This document shows, one piece after another, positions 19,008-27,727 of a DNA stretch of 64,000 bases. Within the stretch, counting starts at the first letter, position 1, and every line of letters starts with the position of its first letter. The notes beneath the pieces are model-generated. The model did no database searches, was not told the DNA's origin, and was given only the letters and a program-made list of their open reading frames with translations. A program made the position numbers and the translations under genes. Source of the DNA: Leptonemataceae bacterium (GTDB lineage Bacteria > Spirochaetota > Leptospiria > Leptospirales > Leptonemataceae). The stretch spans positions 832,001-896,000 of the forward strand of contig OZ245742.1 in assembly GCA_965227295.1 (NCBI GenBank), in the 5' to 3' direction.

Positions 19008-19664
19008 TTATAGGTCGGATTTCGTCTGCGAATCGTCCGCGGGTGCTGACCGTGCCGGAGCGGGCCGGCGATTCACGTACTCGGCCTCGATGGCCGCATT
19101 GATATTTCGGGCCAGCACCTGGAGGACACGGCGGCGGGCCTGGTATTCCGATTCCACGAATCCCTCACGATGAGAGTACTCCGTGCGCGCGGAGAGTTCG
19201 CGGCTCAGATACAGCTCGGATCCCGGATTCTCCCGCAGTTTGATGCGACAGGCGATCAGCAATTCATAACGCGTGGGCGTGCGCAGGTTGTCGAACATGC
19301 GGCCCTCTTTGCGGTAGACCGTGATCTCTCCGTAGAGCCAGAGCCGGGCTTCTTCCCGGGAACCGCGAAGAAAAAAGTTCTCCCGGGCCCCGGCGGCGTT
19401 GCGTACGAACTCGGCCAGCTCCACGTTGACATCCGGCTGAAAGGACTCGTTCGTGAAGTTGTGCACGAAGAGGGTGCGCGAATCGGCGGGATACTCCGAG
19501 AGATCCAGGCGCTGAAAATAAGCGCAGCCCCAGAGCGAACACACGAGCGTCGCGAACACACACGTGCGCAGTACGGCGACCGGCAATCCTCGCGGAACGG
19601 GATTATTGCGGGGCTGGCTGTTTGTCGGATGCAGGCGGTTCATCGTTCTCCGGAGGAGGTTCAT
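19008..19664 (-). CDS. lptE: LptE-like LPS assembly lipoprotein (true start probably downstream)
   Basis: Lipobox LWGC; LFVHNFTNESFQPDV, LYGEI..Y and C-terminal helix LARNI fit the LptE fold. Confidence 0.65.
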   Translation of the reverse strand: MNLLRRTMNRLHPTNSQPRNNPVPRGLPVAVLRTCVFATLVCSLWGCAYFQRLDLSEYPADSRTLFVHNFTNESFQPDVNVELAEFVRNAAGARENFFLRGSREEARLWLYGEITVYRKEGRMFDNLRTPTRYELLIACRIKLRENPGSELYLSRELSARTEYSHREGFVESEYQARRRVLQVLARNINAAIEAEYVNRRPAPARSAPADDSQTKSDL

Positions 19665-20763
19665 AATTCACGGCCTGCTTCAGACGGTCCAGTGTGTTCT
19701 CGTAATTTGCCAGGCGCGTCCAGTCCGTTCCCGATTCCAGTCCGGATTGGACCAGCGCCCGCGTGGTGGCCGCTTCGGCGCTAACATCTTCCGGCACGGG
19801 ACGCACCCGGGTGATGAACTCCGCATCACCCTCGCCGGCCAGTTGCAGGCGAATCTTCAGTTCTTTCGCGCCGTCGCTCCGCTTCCAGAGATCTTCGGCA
19901 TCGACTCCGTCCTCAAGCAACTCCGGGTCGTCGCGAAAACGGTCGATGTTCACGCCTTTGGCTGAAGCATCGAGCGGAGACGCGACGTTCATCGGCAACT
20001 CCACACGCTCGCCGTTCATGACGCGAAACCACTTGATCACCGGCGAAGAGCCCTCGCGCCCTTCGCGCTCCTGTTCGATGAGCACACTTTCCGGTTGCCC
20101 GTCACCATCGACGTCGCCGCTGATTTCCAGTTCGCCGGTGTACGACTTCGACTGAAACTCGACGAGACGCTTCTCGCGAAAGTTCATGGCCGGCTGTTGC
20201 AGTCGGGTGATGAGATAATCCGGAATCAACAGGACGAGTCCGGCGTGGTCGGAATGCGTGGAGATGATGTAACGATTGCCGGCGCGCGCTTTGCCCGCCC
20301 GGATCACCACCGGCTCTGCATCGGGTGAGTCGTAGAATCGTACGGTCGCCTCCGGTTCGGTGAGACCGAGCTCGGCAAGTTTGTCGGGATCTTCCACGGA
20401 ATAGTAGGCCTTGAGTTGAGCCTCGCGCCAATCGTTGAACAGATTCGTTACGGCCGGACCACCACGGCGGCGGGTGTAGGCAGCGTCCTCGGCAGTCGTC
20501 TGTGGCTGTGCGGCGGTTTCTTCGTCTTCCTGCGTTTGCAGATGAGCCGACACCGTCTCCACGAAGTACTCGTCCTTAAATAACGAGCCCTGACGAATTA
20601 AGCGCAGCGGCGGTTCTCCGGGCTCCTCGTACTCGATGACCGCCCAGTCCTGTTTCCAGAGATAGCCCTGGGTATCTTTGTCTTCTTCCAGCGGACCGTA
20701 GAGAATCAGCACGAGCACGATCAGCCCCGCGCCCGCGGCGATCAGAGGATAGTAACGCGCCAT
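19603..20763 (-). CDS. DUF4340-like membrane-anchored protein
   Basis: N-terminal TM; LAELGLTEPEATV and FREKRLV motifs; follows a GldG-like gene. Confidence 0.65.
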   Translation of the reverse strand: MARYYPLIAAGAGLIVLVLILYGPLEEDKDTQGYLWKQDWAVIEYEEPGEPPLRLIRQGSLFKDEYFVETVSAHLQTQEDEETAAQPQTTAEDAAYTRRRGGPAVTNLFNDWREAQLKAYYSVEDPDKLAELGLTEPEATVRFYDSPDAEPVVIRAGKARAGNRYIISTHSDHAGLVLLIPDYLITRLQQPAMNFREKRLVEFQSKSYTGELEISGDVDGDGQPESVLIEQEREGREGSSPVIKWFRVMNGERVELPMNVASPLDASAKGVNIDRFRDDPELLEDGVDAEDLWKRSDGAKELKIRLQLAGEGDAEFITRVRPVPEDVSAEAATTRALVQSGLESGTDWTRLANYENTLDRLKQAVNYEPPPENDEPPASDKQPAPQ

Positions 20764-22706
20764 CAGCCTGCTCCCACAAACTTACGATTGCGGCGATAAA
20801 GATAGATGCTCAGCGCCAGACTGAGACTCACCACGAGCGGAAAGATGAAGATGCCGACGGTGATGAGACGAAACTTGCTTTCGTCGGTGACCTCGGTGGT
20901 ACGCTGGAGGCGTTCCTTCGGAACGATGCCGGCGACCAGCGGGCTCTCGGTCAGCCAGAAGAACGCCTGGGATGCCAGCACCAGGTTTTTGTGGCGCACC
21001 TCGTACGCGCGCAGGCCGCGTTCCGCAATCCAATCGGTACCGGAGAAGATAAGGACCCGGGGACCCTCTTCGTTCGCGGCAGCGGCGGCCGGGTTTTCGT
21101 AGGCCAGGGCCGCGGCATGACGCGGCATGGCCTCGGACGCATCCCGGCGACGATTGCGGTTCGCGTCGTGATATGCGTCGTACGGTGTGTTCAGTACTTC
21201 TTTCGGTGTTAGATCCTGGAGCGGACTTTCTTCTTCGGCCTTCGCAGCATCCGGGGAACGCAGCACGCTTTCGAAATAACCGCCGTTGGGATAAACGACC
21301 AGGGCCTGAATGCCGCGGTTGATGTCTTTGAGAATCGGATGATCACCGAAGTTTCGCATGACGGCGACGTTCGGCACCGTGGTATTCGTAAGCGGGCGAT
21401 TGCGATACTCGTAGGGTTTGCCGCCCATGGCGTCGCGCAGCCACTTGAAATCTTCGCGCCCCTCGGGATCGATCGTAATAAAGAGTTTCCCGCCGCGCTG
21501 AACGTAATCGAAGATCGCCTGGCGGGCTTCGTCGCCGAAGGGCACCGTCGGCCCCACGATAAACAATACGGATGTATCGTCTTTCACCGGGCCGGGCCAG
21601 CCGTTCCGCGTATCAAAGTGATCGACACTGCTGTTGAAAAAGCGCAGTTGTTCCTTGAGGCTTTCGATGCTTGCCGCCTGGCTGATGTCCTGCGTGAGGC
21701 CGTAGCGTTCGCCGTTGGCGTTGGTGAAGTAGATCTTGCGACGCGGCGAAGACACGTAGATGAGCGCCTCGGTGGCCTCACGCTCCAGCTTGCTCATGTC
21801 TTTTTCGGACAGAACGTGCACCCGGCGCTCGACGTAGGGTTTGTCCCCGGCCGATACGAAGTCCTTGCGTGTTACCCGAAACACGATGGTGCCGTTGGAA
21901 ACCGTACCGAACTCCTCGGTATTGAAGGCTTCTAAGTCGGCGTTCTTGAAGACGAGTTCGATGTTTGAATTGATCAGCGGAAGTTGCTCGAGCATCACCC
22001 GCAGTTCTTCGACAATGCGATAGAGTTCCGGAGTGCGCACGCGATCGGAACGCTGCTGCACCATCTGTTGCTCCGGCAAAAAGGCCGTGATCTCGACCTT
22101 CTCTTCGATGGAGCCGATGATGGTCCGCGATTCTTCGCCGAAAGAAAAATAACCCGGCGAAAGATCCAGGGCGGGATTCCGCACGGCGCTCACGAAGTTG
22201 AGCAGGATGAGGATCGGCACGAAGGCGAAGATTGAAAACGCCGAGGTCTTGAGAAAGTTCTGCTTTTTGTCACGCAGGCGTGCGCCGCCGGCATCGGCCT
22301 GCACGGAGAAGCTCATGCTGAGCATGAAACGATAGATGACCGAGGCACCGTACGAAATCAAAAAGAGAAACAGCAACGCCAGGCGCAACCGCGGCAGGAA
22401 CGCTTCTTCACCGGCGGCCAGTTGACTCACCGGCACCTCAATGAAATAACGAATCAGAAAAAAAACGAGCGCCGCAAGAGCGAGCCCCCAGGCGATCCAG
22501 AAGCCGCGCTCAATGCTCTCGAGTTTTTGCTGCGCCTTTGCGAGCAACAGCATTGCCGGGTCGCTGAGCGCGGCCAGCGCGCCGAGAATCAAGAAGGCCC
22601 AGCCCCAGACCGTATCCGGAAAACTCGTGGCGACGTAGAATACGAGCGAGCCCGCGAAGTAGATCCAGATACCGAAGCGTTGATAGAGGGGAACGATTCT
22701 TTCCAT
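20763..22706 (-). CDS. GldG/ABC_transp_aux-family protein with extra N-terminal TM helices
   Basis: DLS..FSFGEES, IYFTNANGER, LFIVGPTVPF, YVQRGGKLFI, FFWLTE, C-terminal TM; start taken at MERIV. Confidence 0.8.
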   Translation of the reverse strand: MERIVPLYQRFGIWIYFAGSLVFYVATSFPDTVWGWAFLILGALAALSDPAMLLLAKAQQKLESIERGFWIAWGLALAALVFFLIRYFIEVPVSQLAAGEEAFLPRLRLALLFLFLISYGASVIYRFMLSMSFSVQADAGGARLRDKKQNFLKTSAFSIFAFVPILILLNFVSAVRNPALDLSPGYFSFGEESRTIIGSIEEKVEITAFLPEQQMVQQRSDRVRTPELYRIVEELRVMLEQLPLINSNIELVFKNADLEAFNTEEFGTVSNGTIVFRVTRKDFVSAGDKPYVERRVHVLSEKDMSKLEREATEALIYVSSPRRKIYFTNANGERYGLTQDISQAASIESLKEQLRFFNSSVDHFDTRNGWPGPVKDDTSVLFIVGPTVPFGDEARQAIFDYVQRGGKLFITIDPEGREDFKWLRDAMGGKPYEYRNRPLTNTTVPNVAVMRNFGDHPILKDINRGIQALVVYPNGGYFESVLRSPDAAKAEEESPLQDLTPKEVLNTPYDAYHDANRNRRRDASEAMPRHAAALAYENPAAAAANEEGPRVLIFSGTDWIAERGLRAYEVRHKNLVLASQAFFWLTESPLVAGIVPKERLQRTTEVTDESKFRLITVGIFIFPLVVSLSLALSIYLYRRNRKFVGAG

Positions 22707-22749
22707 AAGAAGTAAACTGTGCGATGATACGTGTGATGCGCCGGTCTGT

Positions 22750-23538
22750 TCAGCCCTGACCGCGCCAGCGCCGGGATTCCAGAACCTTAACCGTAAGAAA
22801 TAAGAACAAAGCCGTGAGGCTCGCAAAGAAGACCATGCCCTTGAGCGGAATCACGCCCCGGGTAAACGGCATGTACTGATGCAATCCGTGCAGATGCGTG
22901 AAGATGCCCTTCGCCGGCTCCGGTAAGAGGCCCGCCATAAAACCGCCGACTTCCACCACGAGCAGCAAGGCCGCGCCGATCAACAACGCCATGAGATAGG
23001 TATCGGAGAGCGACGAAGCGAACAGGCCGATGCTGTAGCCGTAGAGGCCGGCCAGGATGAGTCCGACCAGGCCGGACACGACCATCCACCACGGCGCTTC
23101 GGCGATCCAGAGGATGTAGATCATCGTAACGCCGAACGAGATGCTCGTAATTAAGAACGCGCCCATAAGGAACTTACCGAGGACGATTTCGACATCGGTG
23201 ACGGGCAGCGTGTAGAGCAACTCCAGGGTTCCCTGGCGACGCTCGTGTACGAAGGCCGACATCGAGAGAAAGAGCGACGCAAGCAAGATGATGCGGTAGA
23301 ACGTTTGAAACAGAACGCTCGAAACGGTTTCGTACGTCGTGCCCGGCGTAAGCGCCAGCAGCACGCTGATGAGACCGCACAAGAATGCGACGATGCCGAT
23401 GCTCACCGCGGGCAGGTTGGAACCGAGAAAGGAATCCAGTTCTTTGAGAAAGATCCAGCGGGCCTGGGTAAAGGCCCGCAGCGGGGACAGCCCCTTTTCC
23501 GCGGGCTTTGCTCCCGTAGTTTCTTTTGAATCGCTCAT
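22750..23538 (-). CDS. ABC-2 type permease (GldF-like)
   Basis: IFLKEL, ERRQGTLELLYTLPV..IVLGKF, C-terminal LESRRW; start taken at MSDSK. Confidence 0.9.
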   Translation of the reverse strand: MSDSKETTGAKPAEKGLSPLRAFTQARWIFLKELDSFLGSNLPAVSIGIVAFLCGLISVLLALTPGTTYETVSSVLFQTFYRIILLASLFLSMSAFVHERRQGTLELLYTLPVTDVEIVLGKFLMGAFLITSISFGVTMIYILWIAEAPWWMVVSGLVGLILAGLYGYSIGLFASSLSDTYLMALLIGAALLLVVEVGGFMAGLLPEPAKGIFTHLHGLHQYMPFTRGVIPLKGMVFFASLTALFLFLTVKVLESRRWRGQG

Positions 23539-23555
23539 AACGTTTGTGGTTGTCT

Positions 23556-24278
23556 TCAGCCGCCGACGCGGGTCACGGGATCCCTTGTCATTTCCAGGAA
23601 CTGTGCTTCCAGGTTTTGGTGCAGGGAATCGCCGGAGAGTTCGCCGGCCAATTCGCCCTTGTGGATGACGACGACCCGGTCGCAAGTTTGGCTGACCTCT
23701 GTCAGAATATGACTGGAGATGAGAATCGTATGCTCCCCGGCCAGGCGGCGCATGAGTTTGCGGATCTCGACGATCTGCACGGGATCGAGTCCGGAGATGG
23801 GCTCATCAAAGATGAGCACCTGGGGCGTTCCGATGAGGGCCTGGGAAATCCCTACCCGCTTACGATAGCCGAGGGACAGGTTGCCGATCAAAGAACGCCG
23901 GGCCGGTTCGAGGCGCGTGAGTTCGGTGACGCGCAGGAACTCCGCTTCGAACTCTTCTTTTTCGGTCACCCCGCGGAGGCGGGCGACGAAGCGCAGGTAA
24001 TCCTCAACGGTAAGTTCCGGATACAGGGGCGGCACTTCCGGCAAATAGCCGATGCGGTGTTTCACCGCGAGCGGATCTTCAAAAACGTCAATGCCGTCGA
24101 TGGAACACTCGCCGCTGGTGGGCGTGAGGAAACCGGTGAGAGTACGGAGGCATGTGGTCTTGCCGGCGCCGTTCAAACCCAGCAGTCCAACCACTTCTCC
24201 CGGCTGAATATCGAAGCTGACATTTTTCAGAGCCGGAAACGTGCCGTAGTATTTGGTCAGGTTTTCGACGTGAATCAT
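23556..24278 (-). CDS. ABC transporter ATP-binding protein (GldA-like)
   Basis: Walker A GLNGAGKT, signature LSLGYRKR, Walker B LIFDEP, H-loop SSH. Confidence 0.95.
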   Translation of the reverse strand: MIHVENLTKYYGTFPALKNVSFDIQPGEVVGLLGLNGAGKTTCLRTLTGFLTPTSGECSIDGIDVFEDPLAVKHRIGYLPEVPPLYPELTVEDYLRFVARLRGVTEKEEFEAEFLRVTELTRLEPARRSLIGNLSLGYRKRVGISQALIGTPQVLIFDEPISGLDPVQIVEIRKLMRRLAGEHTILISSHILTEVSQTCDRVVVIHKGELAGELSGDSLHQNLEAQFLEMTRDPVTRVGG

Positions 24279-24366
24279 CTTGCTTACACCTGTCTCACGC
24301 GCACTCGCCCGCTGACTGTCAATAAATTTTATTGGACTCTAATCGACCTGGCGCTACCCTGCCCCT

Positions 24367-26019
24367 GTGAGACTTCCGGCTGCACCGGCGCTCGCCGTTT
24401 CCCTCCTCGTATTTTCCCTGACGGGCCTTGCGGTTCTCGTAAATCCGGAACCGCTGTGCGCGGATGGCGGCTATTATCGCCAGGGTAAAATCCACTTCGG
24501 CGCGCGCCAGTACGACCAGGCCTTCGAATACTTCCAGAAAGCCCTGCGCGCCCAACCGTCCAACGGCAATCCGCTGTTCTACATGGGCTACATCCTGGAA
24601 CAACAGAACCGGCGCGCCGAGGCCGTGGAATCGTATCGCCGGGCGGTGGATCTGCGCATGGATCGCGATCTGCGCGAGAAGGCGTTCTGGAAGATCGTAC
24701 TCCACTATAAGTTCATTCAGGACTGGGAGAATCTCTACGTTTACTCCGAGAAATTCTTAAAATACAACGATTCGAAATCAGTTCGTAAACTTTACGATCT
24801 GGCCGCCGAGAAGCGCGATCCCCGCATGGCGCGCATCACGCCGCTCATGACGGCAGCGGCGAAAGACCGCAAGGCCGGGCGCTACTACGAGGCGGCGGAC
24901 AACTACCGCCGCGCCCTCGGCATTAAGTCGGATCACTACCCGGCTCGCTGGGAACTGGCTTTAATTGAAATGAAGTTAAAGCAGTACCGCTCCGCCGAAC
25001 GGAATTTGCGCACGCTCATGCGGTCCACGTCGGCGCGCTGGGAGTACTTCTACAAGGCGGCCATCTGCAACTATCACATCGAGAACTACGACCAGGCCCT
25101 GAGAGACCTGGAAGCCGCCCGGAAGAACAACGAAGATCCCAACGACGCTTTTATCTACTACGTAAATCTCGCCGAGGGACTCATTCGCCTGGAAGAGAAT
25201 CAGGCAGTGCGCGCCCGGGAAGTTCTCAGCGAGGCCAACGAGAAAAAGAGCACGCCCCGCGTACAGGGCGCCCTGGCCCGGGCCCTCTGGGAAACCGGCG
25301 ACCACGGCAACGCCCACAGCCTGGCCCGGCGCGCGCTCAAAGCGGAACCGCGTCAGGAAGACGCTCTGCTGGTGGACGCCCTGGCTCTCATTCGCGCGAA
25401 CAAATCACAAGCTTATACTCGCAGTAAGTTACTGCTGGACGTCGTGAACGCGGAACTCGGCGAAGAACGCGCCGGTGAACCCGCGCCGCCGCAGTATACA
25501 CCGGCCATGCTGTACCTCGGTCGCGCGGCCGCGGCGAAGCGTGACTGGAAACTCGCCATTGCCGCTTACGAACGCGTGCACCTGCGCAAGCTGCAATCCA
25601 TCTACGAAGGCGAGCGTCGCGCCGGTTCGAAAGACAACTCCCTGCACGAGTACAACTACCATTACGGCACGGCCCTCTATCACGCCGATCGCCTGCCCCA
25701 GGCCATCGTCACTCTCCGACGCGCGGACGACCTGCCCGCGGCGAAGTTTATGATCGCCCAGGCTTACGCGAAACAAGAGGACGAGCGCAACGCCCGCAGT
25801 TGGTTGAAGAGCGCGGCGGAGGCCGATGAAAAGTACTGGCAGGCGGCCGAGCGTGACGCGGCGTTTTCCAAACTCATGCGCGACGCCGACTTCGCCGGTT
25901 TCGTGCGTCGCCGCGGCAAAGAACCGGAACCTGAGCCGCAAGAAACGAAGCAGGTCGAATCATTCACCACGGAAACGAATCAATCGTCTCCGCAATCAAG
26001 TACGGGCGGACGAGAGTAA
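24367..26019 (+). CDS. Exported TPR-repeat protein
   Basis: Signal peptide then many TPR-like repeats (AFEYFQKAL, AVESYRRAV, AADNYRRAL). Confidence 0.85.
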   Translation: MRLPAAPALAVSLLVFSLTGLAVLVNPEPLCADGGYYRQGKIHFGARQYDQAFEYFQKALRAQPSNGNPLFYMGYILEQQNRRAEAVESYRRAVDLRMDRDLREKAFWKIVLHYKFIQDWENLYVYSEKFLKYNDSKSVRKLYDLAAEKRDPRMARITPLMTAAAKDRKAGRYYEAADNYRRALGIKSDHYPARWELALIEMKLKQYRSAERNLRTLMRSTSARWEYFYKAAICNYHIENYDQALRDLEAARKNNEDPNDAFIYYVNLAEGLIRLEENQAVRAREVLSEANEKKSTPRVQGALARALWETGDHGNAHSLARRALKAEPRQEDALLVDALALIRANKSQAYTRSKLLLDVVNAELGEERAGEPAPPQYTPAMLYLGRAAAAKRDWKLAIAAYERVHLRKLQSIYEGERRAGSKDNSLHEYNYHYGTALYHADRLPQAIVTLRRADDLPAAKFMIAQAYAKQEDERNARSWLKSAAEADEKYWQAAERDAAFSKLMRDADFAGFVRRRGKEPEPEPQETKQVESFTTETNQSSPQSSTGGRE

Positions 26020-26021
26020 CC

Positions 26022-27722
26022 ATGCCGTCGCGTAAAACAGCAGACGATCCCGGCGATTCCGCCGGGGGGTTATTCGATCGATCCGGCCTGCAACGCGCAA
26101 AGCGCTACATGCAGGAAGAACTGGACCGGGCCCGCCGTAACTTTCGCGTGCGCGGCAAGCCGCCGATCTATTATCTCTCGTACCTCTTTCGCAATCACCG
26201 CACGCTGAAACTCTGGGGGCGCCTGGGAGCCATCAACGAACGTTCGGATCGCACGCAGAATTCGGTCTACTGCGACGTGCGTGTGGGCTCGCATCGCTAC
26301 GATAACGTGAGCGGCGGCGGCCTCGAGGATAACAGCGACCGCGACGAATCCTACGACTACATCCAGATGCCCCAGGAACCTTCGAAGGATTCCTTTAAGT
26401 TCGGATTGTGGAAACTTACGGACGCCCGCTACCGCGACGCGGCGGAACAGTACTATCATCGCAAGTCCCAGGAACTGCACTACGTCGAAGCCTATCCGGA
26501 ACTGCCGTCCCGGCGCCGCGCAAAAAAAGAACACCACTTCCGCTATCGCGAAGTACCCGAGGTGGACCTCGACTACTGGACGCATCTCTTGCGCCGGGCC
26601 GGCAACCTGGTAAAAAAGTACCGGGAAATCCAGAATTCCTGGTTTGAGTTCATCGCCCGCCAACGCCAGCATCTCTTCGTCTCCAGCGCGGACAGTCTCA
26701 TTCTTCAGCAGTGGGGCATCTACGAACTGCGCGCGCATGTGTGGTTGCTCACACCGGACGGCGAGGGACTCTCGCAGGAAGTCAACTTGATCGAAGGCGA
26801 TCCGTCCGATCTGCCCAACGAAAAAGAGTTTCTGCGTCAGGTCCAGGCGCGCATCGACACGCTGCTGGAATTACAGAAGGCGCCGCGTCTGAACTCGTAC
26901 TCGGGACCGGTGCTGCTCGCCCCGGACCCGGCCGGCGTATTCTTTCACGAGGTCATCGGCCATCGCCTGGAAGGATCCCGGTTGCTGAATCCCGACGAAG
27001 GCGCCACGTTCATGGACCTGCGCGGACAACGCGTGGCGCCGGACTACATCGACATCGTCGACGATCCCACGTTGGAAACCTTCGAAGAGACGGGAGCGGA
27101 CGGACGCAAACGCAAGCGCACGATGATCGGTCGTTTTCGTTACGATGACGAAGGCAGTCGTTCGGAACGCGCGGTGCTCGTAGAACGCGGCGTGCTCAAG
27201 AACTTCCTGACCACCGCGGCGCCGATTCCCGGCCAGCGTACGTTGAACGGTCACGCGCGAAACGAGTTTCACGAGCGGCCCATCTCTCGCATGGGCAATC
27301 TCTACGTGGTAAACCGCAAGCCCGTATCGCGCGAAGAGATGCGCGAACGTTTTATTGAAGAGATCAAACGACAAAAGAAACCGTACGGCATTGTCGTCAA
27401 AGAGGTGCTCGGCGGTGAGACCGGCACCGATAACTACGACTTCCAGGCGTTTAAGGGCGAGATCCTGCACGCCGTCCGCGTCTTTGCCGACGGCCGCGAG
27501 GAACCGGTGCGCGGAGTGGACTTCGTCGGCACGCCCATGTCCGCGCTGGACTCCGTCGTCTGTCTCGGCGACGATGCGATCCTCGATAACTCCTACTGCG
27601 GCGCCGAGTCCGGCATGGTCCCGGTATCGACGATCGCGCCGTCGATGTTGATCCGCAACCTGGAGTTACAGGGCCAGGATCGCGAACGGTTTACACAGTA
27701 CGTCTTGCCGCTGCCGTATTGA
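26022..27722 (+). CDS. tldD: TldD/PmbA family metalloprotease (active TldD type)
   Basis: FHEVIGHRLEG (HExxxH), DDPT, YDDEG, NGHAR, RMGNL and C-terminal YCGAESG Cys ligand. Confidence 0.9.
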   Translation: MPSRKTADDPGDSAGGLFDRSGLQRAKRYMQEELDRARRNFRVRGKPPIYYLSYLFRNHRTLKLWGRLGAINERSDRTQNSVYCDVRVGSHRYDNVSGGGLEDNSDRDESYDYIQMPQEPSKDSFKFGLWKLTDARYRDAAEQYYHRKSQELHYVEAYPELPSRRRAKKEHHFRYREVPEVDLDYWTHLLRRAGNLVKKYREIQNSWFEFIARQRQHLFVSSADSLILQQWGIYELRAHVWLLTPDGEGLSQEVNLIEGDPSDLPNEKEFLRQVQARIDTLLELQKAPRLNSYSGPVLLAPDPAGVFFHEVIGHRLEGSRLLNPDEGATFMDLRGQRVAPDYIDIVDDPTLETFEETGADGRKRKRTMIGRFRYDDEGSRSERAVLVERGVLKNFLTTAAPIPGQRTLNGHARNEFHERPISRMGNLYVVNRKPVSREEMRERFIEEIKRQKKPYGIVVKEVLGGETGTDNYDFQAFKGEILHAVRVFADGREEPVRGVDFVGTPMSALDSVVCLGDDAILDNSYCGAESGMVPVSTIAPSMLIRNLELQGQDRERFTQYVLPLPY

Positions 27723-27727
27723 TTGCG

